Assembly: GCF_009914755.1 (NCBI RefSeq)
Contig: NC_060927.1
Strand: one strand, 5' to 3'
DNA: 64,000 bases
Source: the human T2T-CHM13v2.0 reference genome, Homo sapiens
A model generated the notes under the pieces. It made no database searches and was not told the DNA's origin. It saw only the letters and a program-made list of their open reading frames with translations. Both the position numbers and the translations under genes were made by a program. Below are positions 15,943 through 29,191 of the stretch, in pieces (positions within the stretch are counted from its first letter, which is position 1; every line of letters starts with the position of its first letter).

Positions 15943-16632
15943 CCATTCCCTCAATCATTTAAATAATTTATCCTTTGAGTTGCAAACAATCCAAATATAC
16001 TTTTTGTTGTTGTTGTTGAGACAGGGTATTATTCCTTCACCTGGGCTGGAGCACAGTGGTGCAATCTTGGTTCACAGCAACTTCCGCCTCCCGAGCTCAA
16101 GGGATCCTCCCACTTCAGCCTCCCCAGCAGCTGCATGCAACACCATGCCCAGTTAGTTTTTGTAATTTTTATTTTGTAGAGACAGGATTTTGTCATGTTG
16201 TCTAGGCTGGTCTCAAACTCCTGGGCTCAAGTTATCTGCCCATCTCGGCCTCCCATAGTGCTGGGATTACAGGTGTGAGCCACCATGCCTGGCCTAAGCA
16301 CACTCTTTCAGTTATCTTAAAATGTACAATTAAGTTATTATTGGCTATAGCCATCCCATTGTGCTATCAAATAGCAGGTCTTAATCATTCTTTCTATTTT
16401 TTTGTGCCCATTAACCATCCCCACTTCCCCCTATGCCCCCACTAGCATTCCCAGCCTCTGGTGATCATCTTTCTACTCTCTATATCCACCCACAGAATGG
16501 GAGAAAATATTTGCAAACTACCCATCTGACAAGAGTTTAATAACCAGAATACATGAGAAGCTCAAACAACTCTATAAGAAAAAATCTAATAATTCCATAA
16601 TAGGCAAAAGATTTAAATCGACATTTCTCAAA
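15943..16632 (-). mobile_element. L1MA fragment with orientation switch (minus 15943-16488, plus 16489-16632), interrupted by an Alu
   Basis: Reverse L1MA 3' UTR (tttatcctttgagttgcaaacaatcc...cccagcctctggtgatcatc) abuts plus-strand cccacagaatgggagaaaatatttgcaaactacccatctgacaag. Confidence 0.8.
16001..16295 (-). mobile_element. AluJ-like element nested in L1MA
   Basis: T/(ttg)n tail on the left, ctcctgggctcaag, ends gccaccatgcctggcc. Confidence 0.95.
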
Positions 16633-16941
16633 TTACCCACTGTGTGTACTGACCTTCACTTTTATTAATAAAACATGATAATCTGCTATCTCCAATCCCT
16701 GATAAAGACAACCAAATAAGAGAAAAGTGTTCAAAAGAACTTTTTCAATTGTAAAATGCATTTGTAATTCTTGCTTCATCAGTAGGTATTTTGTTTCAGG
16801 CCTCTGAGACCGGAGGCAAATGTAGCTTTCCCTCCCTTCACCAGTTTATCAAGTTTTAAAGAAATGTTACAATACATAATTAGAAAAGAATGAACAAAAA
16901 AATTAATGTGCAGTAATGTACTGAACTTGCTTAAATATATG

Positions 16942-16980
16942 TACACACACACACACACACAAATATATATATATATATAT
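16942..16980. repeat. Compound (AC)n-(AT)n microsatellite
   Basis: tacacacacacacacacacaaatatatatatatatatat. Confidence 0.9.
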
Positions 16981-18221
16981 TTGTATTCCCATAATGTTAT
17001 TGAAAGTCAGCTAATTGAGTTAAAATCTAATTTAAAACTGTCCTAATTATACAACCAAAAATCCCCTGGGAAATTATGTATAAAATCACATGAGTTTCTT
17101 TATCATAAATATCATATTATTTAAAATGTGCTCTGGAAATATTCTGCTGGGTGTTTTGTGAGGCTCAGAATCACTCTCCTAAGAGATAAAAGAATTTAGT
17201 GTTTGTATTTTTAATGTATTCTAAATAGATATATATCTACGTTGTATATCTGCATGTGTATATATTTATGTATATTATCTGGAACCTCCAAAATTATGAA
17301 AAATAAAATTTTCTAATACCTTTTAGTGACACAACCTCAGAATTCAAATGTTCCTTACAGAAATACATAAACTTTGCTTTATAAAGAATGTTCTTCTCAC
17401 TACAAGTTTTAACTGAGTTTAGCTTAGACCTTACTTAAAGTAGTTTAGTTATGATTGTGTTGTTCTTATTCTGGTTATTAGAGAGTTTTAAAGAAAGTCT
17501 CACAACATTGAATCAGACAGCAGAGCTGTTCAATGGGATGAGTCTGCCACTTGAGCAGGATAAAAGCCAATGCTGTCTTCTGCTCAATTGTAAATAGTAT
17601 TAATGAAAAGTTTTAGAGAACTTCTGATGGGAGCAATCACAATTTTTTAAAATGGCATAATGAATTATCTGTGACCCAAAATCATGATATCTAATTTTCC
17701 ATATAACAAGTTAATTTAAATATTCCCATAATTATTCACCTATAATCTACAAAATTAAAAGTGAACTCTGCTCAATTCTATATTTAATTTAGTATGGATT
17801 TTCTCTTACAGAAAACAAAAGAAACCACAGAAAGCAAGCTCTATTCACAATACTTGTACATCCTATCCACTGAAGTTACCATTTTTAGTGTTTTTAACCA
17901 TTACATACAAGTGATGTTATAAAGAGTGTTTCCCTACAGAAAAGACCCTGGTAAATATCAGACTGATCTGTTTCACTTACAGTTGATTTTTAAGGATTAT
18001 CTGACTTTCAAGGAACATAGTATTTTTTTTGTATATGTTACCTTACTAATTTGGCTGCATTTACACCTAAAGGAAACAGTGTGAATATCTCTCTGCAGAT
18101 TCCATTTTCATATTATGTAGAAGAACAGCTGTAAAAACATTTATTGTATTTTGCTTTTATTTTCAAGACTAAACAGCTAGTGGATGTAAAAGCTGAATAG
18201 TATCAGGCACTGTAAAAATGG

Positions 18222-18423
18222 GTTGTATATATTCAGTGTAATGATTGACAAACATATTGTGAAATTAAATTGTGAGTATAGAAATGAAAAATGTTTTTCA
18301 TTTTTAAGTTGTATATATTATTGTATATATTCAGTTGTTGTATATATTCAGCATAATGATTTTCAAACATATTGTGAAATTAAATTGTGAGTATAGAAAT
18401 GAAAAATATGTTTCATTTTTAAG
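18222..18423. repeat. 87-bp tandem duplication with a 28-bp stuttered spacer
   Basis: Copies at 18222-18308 and 18337-18423 share caaacatattgtgaaattaaattgtgagtatagaaatgaaaaat. Confidence 0.95.
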
Positions 18424-19979
18424 GCTATCTTCTTAAGAGCTTGCATTAAATCTGTTTTGTTGTAGCTTCCACTCCCCCCACCAAATGTAGTAGGCCGTCT
18501 GATGTAAGTTGCTTATATAGTTGATCAGGCTGCCCTGATATTATTTTTTAATTTACTTGCCAAAGATATTTATGAATCCCTTTTGTATAAGACACCAAGG
18601 ATATTGTTTCAGATCTAAAAAAGAGTTCAATGAATGTCAAGTCAAATACTATTTAATTTTATCAATATGTTACTGGATAAAGAAATATACTTCTGCCTAG
18701 TTTGAGAAAAACCAGAAATCAACTGGTATTACCTAGAGTTGCTCTACGTTGTAATTGATCTATAGAAATTAGTGCTATGGCTTACTCAAGATTGTAAAAG
18801 ACCTTTCTGGACAAATGTAAAATTTATACTTTATCTGAGGGAATTATGGGAGGCAAAATTGATTAAACATATTCTCTAATTATTTAGGCTTGTACAGATC
18901 TAAGAAACATGTGCTCTTGGTCAACAAGCCAGGCTATCTATTATCTAAGACAGAGCAAAACAACTAAAACAAAGTAAAACAAAAGAAAAACACAAATTCC
19001 TTGATGAAATTCCCTAGGTAACTCATTTGACATTTACCAAATAGTACGACTTTTGAAGTTTTTCCTCTGAGGGATAGCTCTTAAACACTCACTCAAGTCA
19101 TTTTGCTCTAGAAAATCAGCAGGAAATGGGGGCTCTTCACTTTGGCTTCACTTTCTCATCGATTCTCTCTCCAAGCCCACCTAATCAAGTTTGGGGAAAA
19201 AACTGAAAATAAAGATATTTTGGTAGATAACTTTAAGTGCTAGAATCTTACCTCATCAGCTTGAATCATTTAGAGACTGAAATTGCTAATCTGCATTTGA
19301 TATTTAGAGTACAAGAAAAGAAACTTTTGTTGTTTTAAGACTTTTGATACTATCTGTTACTGCATCAACTAAGCTATACTTTCTGGAAAGGTTTTTTTCT
19401 AGGCAAGAAATAAAGGAAGTATAAACTTGGATTGAAGCAATAGGAAAGGGAAAGATAAGACAAAGTAAAAAAACGTTTTAAATGGAATAAACATAGCTTA
19501 CAGTACTAAAAGTACAAAGAGAAATTGCTTTTAAAAAGTGTCTTACATGAAAAATATATTTTCATTTTACTATAAAAAGCAGCATTATATCATATGTATT
19601 TTATATTTAAATGATAAAAAAATAAGTATCGACAGAATACACAATGTAAAGTCGTTTGCCAAATTGGGAATTCCATAGTGTGCTCATACAAATTTCATTT
19701 ATTTTATTTTAAAAAGTCCTGATAGCTCTTGAGTCTTCCAGAAATATCTGAGATGGAGGAACACCTCATATCAGATCAAGTCAACCATTCTCTAAGTTCA
19801 AACTTGAACCACAAATGTTCACTGTTGCTAGAAAAGATTAGAGAGTTTTAGGGACTACTTTTAATTAAAACTCAAGATTTTACATAGGCCCTCAACTTTG
19901 TCAAGCAATTGTATTTCATTTTTCTGAAAGGACTGTTTTCATACCCTTTAGTACCATCATTTTCATATTTTCCCTTTCT

Positions 19980-21480
19980 TCAATTTTCCTGCAGCTATGA
20001 AATCTGCGCTCTCAACTCGGGATAGTTTTCAACTTTTTGAGAAAATAGAAGCTATCAACTGAATAACACCTTCAATTTCTTGAAACCAAATTCACTAACC
20101 TATGTACTCATTTATTTTCATCTTTCTTTCTGTTACAACAAACACAGGTATCTCCTGATAACAAAGACCAGTCTCTCCATACATGCAGTGAATCACATTC
20201 TTCTAGCTTTCTCAAGATCAGGGCTGGGTGCCATGGCTCATGCCTATAATCCTAGCACTTTGAGAGTCCAAGGCAGGAAAACAGCATGAGGACAAGAGTT
20301 CCAGACTAGTCTGGTCAACATAGCAAGACCCTGTCTCTACAAAAAAAATTAAAAAATAATTAGCCAAGGGTGGTGGCATACATAGCTACTCAGGAGGTTT
20401 AGGTGGGAGGATTGCTTGAGCCCAGGAGTTTAAGGCTACTGTGAGCTGATTATGCAACTGCACTCCAGCCTGTGAGACAGAGTGAAACCCTGTCCAAAAA
20501 CAAACAAGAACAAAATACCAAAATAAACTGAGGACTTTGCCTTTCGATATTTTACTCTGTTTCCTCCATCATCAGTCTTCCTGTTTTGTAACTTGCTTCT
20601 TGATTGCCTTATTTCTTCTCTTCTTCCTCCCATTTTCTTCTTTTTCCCTCCCACTTAAAACATTACAAATAGTTTACTAACATCCTCTAATATGTAGTGG
20701 GAATAATAACTAATGGTACGGCAATTGCTAAAGACAAAAAGCTGTGAGTCATTTTTAGTTATTCTACTTCTTTGACTCCTTCTATCCGATTCATCATCAG
20801 GTTATTGAATTTCTACCTCCAAAATCTACCACAAATCCTTGCATGTCTTCCCATTCTTATACCAGCTTTTGCCCAGACAACAACTAAACACTTAACCGGT
20901 GTGTAAGCTTTCACACATGCCCTATTGGAAATAACAATTTTAAATTCAACAATGGCAAACATCAGATGATGTTAGTCCAAGCTTTGTACCATGGCCTTAT
21001 TTGAACATACAGAACTGATTCATCCTGCTTTTTCAACCCACTGGGTTCTGGCCATCCTACATTAATCGGAGACAGTTTAACATACCAAATATTTCCCAGT
21101 ACAATTCCTTTGCACATGTGGTTCTTTCTGAGAGAAAGAATATCCTGCTTCATCTCAATCTCTCACAAAGCTAGTCTTTCTGAATTTATATATATATATG
21201 TATGTATCTTTTTTCAAGGACCTTTTCTTCTCACCTAAGTCTATCTCCTCATTATCATGTTATTTAATTTTCTTTATCACAATTTAACTTTGCTTTGTCT
21301 CTCTTTCCCTTCGCCTATTCATGCATTCAACTATTCATATATTAACATTTTATCTGGCTCTTATTACATTTCAAGGTTCCCAAAAGACAGAAAGTTTGTC
21401 TTTTCATTTAGCATTTTATACCCATACCTATTGTCATGCTTGTTAAGTATAAAACTTACTAAATATATGTTGAAACAATT
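19980..21480 (+). mobile_element. L2 fragments, ancient, interrupted by an Alu
   Basis: Pyrimidine-rich L2-like body (ctttgcacatgtggttctttctgag) ending aaatatatgttgaaacaa. Confidence 0.5.
20222..20512 (+). mobile_element. AluJ-like element
   Basis: ggctgggtgccatggctcatgcctataatcc...ggaggattgcttgagcccaggag with A-rich tail. Confidence 0.95.
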
Positions 21481-23895
21481 ACTCCTAAAAATATGTTCCT
21501 CACCTCAGGAATAGGATACTTGACTAAAGTAGGGAAGCATAGTTATAGACCCGTAAATTTCTGGTCAAAGTTTTCTGAATACATTTTGAAGCTTCATATA
21601 CAAGGCATTGAATGACATTACTACTAGCTAATAGGTTGGACAGCAATAAGTAGGCACAAACATTTGTCACCACACCAAAAATCAATCTTTAGAGATATTC
21701 AGCACTTAGTACTAATCTCAGTTGTATTATAAGATAACATGATCATAATTTCTGTTTGTCTCTGCCAGAAACTTTTATTTTTATGTCAGGTTGATTAAGT
21801 TTATCTGAAACAGCCGGATTCTAGGTTATAATGTCAGCAGCGGCTGGAGGAGGAGAGAACCATAGAATCAGAACACTTTGGTTTGAATCTTGGTGCTTCT
21901 ACATTTTAACCACTAGGGCTGGGAAAGTTATTTATTAGAAATACCATCCAAAATCACATTAGGTTAAAATTACTTCATAGAGTTTTGAGATTATCTAATC
22001 AGATAATATACATAAAATTATGTTTTAAGCCATGGAATTCAAAAGTAACATATAATTGTTTCTGTTAACTTTCTCATCAGGATAGGGATGAGTATCTCTA
22101 TGTTCTTTTGGAGATAGGACTAGTCTTTAATTTTCAAATTGGAAAAGCAGATTTTTTTTTTTTGCTGAGGTTTTTAGGTTAGAGCTTAGCAAATGGTAGT
22201 TCCTTATTCATTTATAAATTCTATCCCCATTCATGCATTTAACAAATTATATTTGGGAATTTACCATAAGCCAAGTACTGATGAAACACAATTATACAAT
22301 ATGAATAATGCAGGCAGAAGCCTGCACTAATGGAGTTTAATATCTAGAGGAGAGAGTAATATTTAGTATATAAAATTACAGCCAAACAATTATTTGCAAA
22401 TTTTTTAAGTTGTATAAACGAAAATAATGAGGGATTATAAATGATAATAAAGTTACAATGGGTAAGAAGAGCTTTCAGAGTTAGTCACTATATTGTGACA
22501 TTAATAATAAAAATATGAAAAAAGTTTTCTTCATTTTTCAATCGAATATTCTCATAAACTGAAGAAACCAATATATAATAGAAGTTTGTGTACTATAGAT
22601 GTTACTATAAATGTTACCTTTTAGAATAATCATGTCATATTTTTTATTTTGTCATAATAAAAATACTTTGAGGTTATTTTTTTCTGTATAATTTTACTGC
22701 ATCAAAACTGTTATACGACCCAATGGTATTGAAGATTAATATTGTAAAATATATATTTTATGAATGATATAACAAAATGTGAAACAACACTAATCCATGA
22801 CAAGAAAACAAAGTATCAAAAAAAATCAATTTAAAAGTAATGAGTAACAAACATTAGTAATGAGTACATAAAATTTTTACTCTTTTCTCCCTAAAGTTTA
22901 GGAGGTATTTGTAAAAGTTAATACCATTGTAAATCAATGCATTTACCCATGAGCTATTATATGCACATGTATATAAATAAATCTTTTGTCTCTTTTCTTG
23001 GAAGATTCCCACACACATCTGCTTTTTTCCACAGATATTCTTTAAGATGATGAATGATTTAAGTTGCATGTCAGTCAGAAGAAAATCCAGCGAGAGCTCA
23101 AATACATGTTATTTCTAGATGTAGCAATTTTGATTAAGGTGTTTTAATTAAATGATATTTATTTATACAAAGACTAAAAGGACAGCAAAATGGAAAGTAA
23201 TGCCAATTAAAATCCATTTGGTCATGTGAAAATTACAAATATTGAAAGTTTTAAGGTTTCCAAAAGTGAGAACAAACCTGCAAGAGATAGAAAATATCCT
23301 TCTTAGCTACAGAATACTGACCTGTGGATCTATTTTCTTCTCTCTGTGTGGTGGTTGCTATAGCTGCTTCAAGAATCCCAAACATTTCATGGTATGTAAG
23401 AACATAGTTGATGTATTTAAGCATGGACTTCACATTTTAACTAGAGGATCATTTTTCTAAGGATAGTGGGTCCTAATAGAAATATTAACACAAACTGTTA
23501 CCTGATAGAAAATAAATTGATATCCAAACCCTGAGTAGGTCTATTTGGTTGGTGTCCAATGACAAAGGATGGTTACAGCTGCATGAAGTTGTTATAACTA
23601 ACTGGTTTGTAACCATCTGTTTGAAAATGTGCCCAACCCATTTTATACCAAACAAAGTGAATATAAACTTTCCACTTATTTGGGTTAACATTTCAACTTT
23701 TAAAAATCCTGTTCAGACAATGATACAAGGGATAACTATTTAAAAATCTGCTCTCCCATATAATGTAGAATAAACTCCCTTTAATATATTTTGAAGTTTC
23801 TCCCATTATCCTCCGTTCACTTATATGCTTTTTGTTGGATTATTTAGTCCCTCTTGGTGTTAGTAGAGAAATATGTGAACTCTATATACACAAAT

Positions 23896-24059
23896 GGCAT
23901 GCTATTCTATATGGCAGCCACTATCCATATGTGGATATTTAAATTTATGAATATAAATTGTAAAAATCAGTTTATTAGTCATACAAGACATATTTCAAGA
24001 GCTTGAAAGGTAAAATAGAACACTCCCATCTTCATTAAAACTTCCATAGGACTCTGCTG
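23896..24059. mobile_element. MER3/MER33-like hAT DNA transposon remnant
   Basis: tatggcagccactatccatatgtggatatttaaattt and end aaacttccataggactctgctg resemble MER3-family ends. Confidence 0.55.
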
Positions 24060-27032
24060 TTCTAAAAAGCTAAATATAAAAGAGGAATATATAATAAAAA
24101 TTTGTATTCTTTACTATTTATAGTCCTGGGTCCAGCTTGAATGACTCTCTATTCTTGGGAGCTGTCTGAACTAATCTTGCCACTCCATTTCAGAGTCAAA
24201 CCCATTTTAGAACAGAAGTGACTTATAAAAATTAAATTACTTAAATTCAGTCAAGGTGATAGTCTAGGTTTTCATAGGTTTTAAAATTGTACCTAGTTAT
24301 GTGATGCTTTACTCCCTCCATTAGTCTATGTGGCTAAAACAATCTAGACTGATGGAAGAGTGAGAGGATAGTGGTGGGAATCTTGTGTTTTAAATCTATC
24401 TCTTTTTTTTTTTTTGTCACTTCACTATTGAATCTACTAAAAATTGGAAAGCTTGGAAAGACCCATCTCATTTATAAGCACTGCAGGTAAAATAAATCTA
24501 CTTGAAGTTTTCTTTTTCCACTTTCCACAGTCCTGATGCAAAACAACAGACTGATTATAAGTATTATGACTTTAAAGGATTTCTGTCATTGATCTGTTTT
24601 GTTGTTATTTTAAGTCTTGTTCCTGATTTATAGCAACTCCTCCTGTAACTTCATCATCTTTCTACAACTGCTTATTATTTTGAATATAATTTTCAATTTC
24701 ATCTAACTTTGTATGTTTCTTATTGGGCATTATATAAGAACACCAGAATTAGCAAACAGAGAAGCCTGATGAAAGACATCCAGTCATTTAGAGATTTAAG
24801 CAAATTATAAGATTCATTCATCATCCATGGGAAAATCATATTTCAGGCTAAATTAGGAGAATGATGTATTTCTAGTCATTCACTCTCCATAAACTGAAAG
24901 AAAAATAGTCAGAAAAATTCATTGTCAAGTTTTCTCTTGCAAATGGTTGTGTGCAGAAAAAATTATCACAGGTACATTTTGGTAAGGCTATTTCCTTGAG
25001 ATTTTGAGTTCTGAAACAAATGTCATCCTTCACTTCATTGGAAGTAAGCCTTAAAAAATACTGCATCATGCTTACCATGCTTCTGTTATTTTGGTGTTTC
25101 AAGATTCAGACACATCAAAATTGTAGATTTTTAAACAAAACACAAACCTTACTACAACATCAAACCTTATTCTATAAGTTGGAAGTGTACTATAAATGAT
25201 ATTTAAAAGTCCTCAAACTTTTTTTCAATTTCAAAAGTAAAAACATTTTCATTTAAATATTTGGAAATAATCTGCCCCTTTCTGTATCTTTCACCTTCCT
25301 GTCCCACATGATGAAGACGTTAACAATATGGTTTGGTCACATCAGCCTCCCTGATAGACTTGAATTACATTGTTTCATTTCCCCTTTTACACACCATGTT
25401 GGTTTCAAATTTACGGTTTTATCTCAAGATGGCACTTAATTCCAGGTCAACACACGCTCTTGTTTTGATTCACTGCAATATATCCTGGTAAGAGTTTGCA
25501 TTGACAAAATGACTTCCATATCCGTTTGGTGGATTTAGATGATCACATAGCCTACTTATATGAGTAATACCTTGGTTCCAAACCTTGCATCATTGTGTTT
25601 GACTGACATAACCTGTGCTAGTCTTCTAACCATCCTTGCAGGAGGATTTGGATTGACATGGGTTTTGAGTATAGACCACATGGATACTATTCTGATTTTA
25701 AAAATCTGGATTAATTACGATTAATACAATGGTTTGGCCACAAAATGTCTGTTATATCATTTTTTGGACATTCTATATATTTAAAATATTTCATAATAAG
25801 TACAACATTAACCCTTATCATTATAGAATGAATCACAACATCTTCTCCAGTCCATTTACTAGAAGACCAATTCGCTTTCCAGAGGGTTGCATTTGTTCAA
25901 TAATACTCTAGCCAGTCAGTGGGAGATGAATTTTTTTTTCTAACTAGATAGAGCAAATGTGGTGCAGAGACTGACATATAGAATTAACCTCTAAATACAT
26001 GTGTTTGCAGTATTTAAGTTTTCTTGGCCTCATATTTACTCATAGGAGGATATGATATTACGAAAATATGAGGGAAAATAATATGAGAAGTTAAACTAGA
26101 TTACAATGTTTTTCCTAAAAGACAGGATCAGCGCCATATTCATTTTAGTATTTCAAGTATTTAGCACAGTGACTTTCTCAGAGTAAGTGTCAAATCTCAA
26201 TGAACAAATGAATGCTATTTGTTTTCCTTACGCCATATAACTATTTGTCACTTCCCTTTTAACTTCCTTTTTGTAACATGGTCACACAAAATAACTAGTG
26301 TAGTTTTTTTACTAGTTGGGGACAAAGGGAAGAGACTTATTTATTTATATCTAGCAGCCTAATTTAGATAGAAGGATTTATGAGAAATTATAGTCAATAA
26401 TGTAATGATACTGTGAATATTGGTTCCTCATACATTTATTAGGGCAGATTTTTTGCACCTCTCCAGTTTACTTAAAGTGAGCTTCAAGATTTTACTGAAA
26501 ATTAATAATGTGTCTGTGAATTCTCAAAGGAATATACAGAAACTAAAAATGTAATTAGCACTGTATTTTAACAAAATTTGAGACTGTTCTTCCCTCAAAT
26601 ACTGAGGAATATGAGCTGCAGATGTGTTTACTCTGGCAAAAGATTCAAGATTAAAACAACTCCCATCAACATAGACTGAAAGATCCATTTCCACCCTAAA
26701 ATCCTATATTCCATATCTCATGTCACTTTACAAATACTTCGGTGTACCATCCTGGTTAGGTGTTTGCAGAGTTGTTTTAAATGATACTGAAATAGATGTA
26801 TCCAAATTATTTCCTCAAAGAGGAAAATCTGAAAATCACTTGCAGTAAAGATGGTTGTTGAAGAAACAAATTAATCATGATACAAAGTGTCTGCTGCTGC
26901 ACAGATAACATATGGTAGCTCAGTTTCTATTTTGCTTCCCCACAGGTTAACAACCATCGACTAGGACATGAAAAGAAATGCATAAGTGTTGTCGATGTTC
27001 CTTGGGGAATTTGGATAGTTTACATACATAAT

Positions 27033-27034
<2 letters not shown>

Positions 27035-27077
<43 letters not shown>

Positions 27078-27092
27078 TACACACACATACAC
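27035..27092. repeat. (TC)~19 followed by (CA)n microsatellite
   Basis: Direct reading of the sequence. Confidence 0.95.
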
Positions 27093-29191
27093 AGAGGATT
27101 TCATGGAATTTGAAAGTTAAGAAAGAGGTTTTTCTCTTTTGTTGTATTTTATAAGAGAGTTTTAACATATTAAATTATGGCATGATCTTACTGCTTTAAT
27201 ACTAATAACAATGTTATTTTCCATTGGTATGCCTGGGGAAGAATGTATGTGCCAATATTTATAATTTTAACGTTAAGACAAATGTCAACTTAAAAAAAAA
27301 CAAATAAATTAGTGGAGTGGCTCAGTAAAGACTGCACAAAATTTATGCATGCCCTAGCTAAAGGCAGTTTTTTTTTTCCCCCAGGCTGCACCTGAATTGT
27401 TGCCATGAAGCAAGGAAGACCAACATTATCATATGCAAGAAAATCCCTAAATCAAAATTTTAGCTTGACATCTGCCAATTGTTAAGTTCTTGCTATTTCT
27501 TTCATTCATTAATGTTTCAGGTAAAGAGAAAAAAAAATCTTCCAGTCATATTCAGCTCTAGGGCTGCCAATTTATGACCTCTGTTGAAACTAGTTAGTTT
27601 GATCTATTTGAAATGTTGGTTAATTGCATCTCTCTCTAAATACTTCCCTGGCCACAATGTTTCAAGAGAATGGCTTTTTCGGCTTGACAAATAGTTGAAT
27701 TGTGCTTCACAAACTCTCATATAATGTAATCATATTTATCTTATATAAATATTCATCCTTTAATTTACTATCAGAAATAATATAATAGCAAAGAGCTACT
27801 TTTTTTACTTTTTAAGTATTTATCACTACCATTGTAACATGATTCTTTATATTAACCTTGAAAATGGCTGTGGAAATAATGGAGCTGTAGATTCAGAAGA
27901 AATATTATTATCATGTCATAGCCAATTAACTGATCAATTTTATTATTTAATGGAGGTAGAAAAGTAAGCTGTAAACAGATGTGCTTTCAAAGCAAATTAC
28001 TCAACTATTGTGTGTCATGCAATCTTTACTTCTTCTCATCTCTGAAGACATATCAACATGGACAAACAAACCATTACCAGAATTTTTTTTATTAGGAAGT
28101 AAATATGTAACTGAATCTATCATTTATTCTTACTTTTCATGTCCCCTCAGTGTCTGTTTTATTATAACCACTGGTCCAGCTTCAAGTGATACAACACTGG
28201 GAATAGCCTTCTTATCTTGTTACTTACACAGCAGCTGCCTTTGATACAGAATTGACCAAACCAATAGTCCACTAGTGGTTGAAGCTCTTTGCCTTAAGTG
28301 GTTTACATACATTTTTATACTGGAAAATATTAGACTATTCATTAAAAAAGCTCATGGTGGGAAAAACGAAAAGAAGGTATTCTAGGCAGAGGGAAATTTA
28401 GCCATATGCTTTCTTCCTGCTCTTTTTTTGGAAGGGACAGATATTGATCTTTCCAGCTACTGACTGTCTCCTATATACAGTCTTGAACTCCAGTGAAAAT
28501 TAATCTCTTCCTCCTCAGTGAGATAATGGTATATGTATGTATATGTGTATATATATATATGCATATGCTTATCTTTTACTATTCTCCCACTTTCATCTAA
28601 GGTTTATATAAGATTCCCAGAATCTATAATAACACCTGGCACATTTGAGTTACTGAATTAAGGTTTGGTAAGTGAATGAATGATTGATTTAATAACTACA
28701 ATTTGAGCCCTTCATTATTGACCTTTAAAATTAATCAATTTATTTTCTAAATTATTTTGAAATGTGGATTCTGGAATACATTATTGAATAAAACTGGTGA
28801 CATGGAAATCTATCTAATATGTGATACTGACATATAAGTAAAAAATGAGTGCGTGGGGTGGTTGTACTCCTTTCTAACCACTATCAAGATGTTAACAATG
28901 TAAGAGGAAATATAGAGCTAAATCTATTTTTAAAAGGTCAGTGTCGCAGCACTCAGAAACATTTACTGAGCACCTGTAATGTGCCAGGCACTTTAATACA
29001 TACTGAGGAAAGGAGGATATAAGTATTGAAAGCATGGAGAAAGAAAATTTATAATGTATAAAGGTAAAGAAACAATACCAGGAATATATAGAATTAGCTA
29101 ATGAGAAAGACAGTGGAAGTAATGAGTATAGTTCTATTATTACTTAAAGATTAGGCATAATATGCATATACATATTAAACCTAACACAGCT

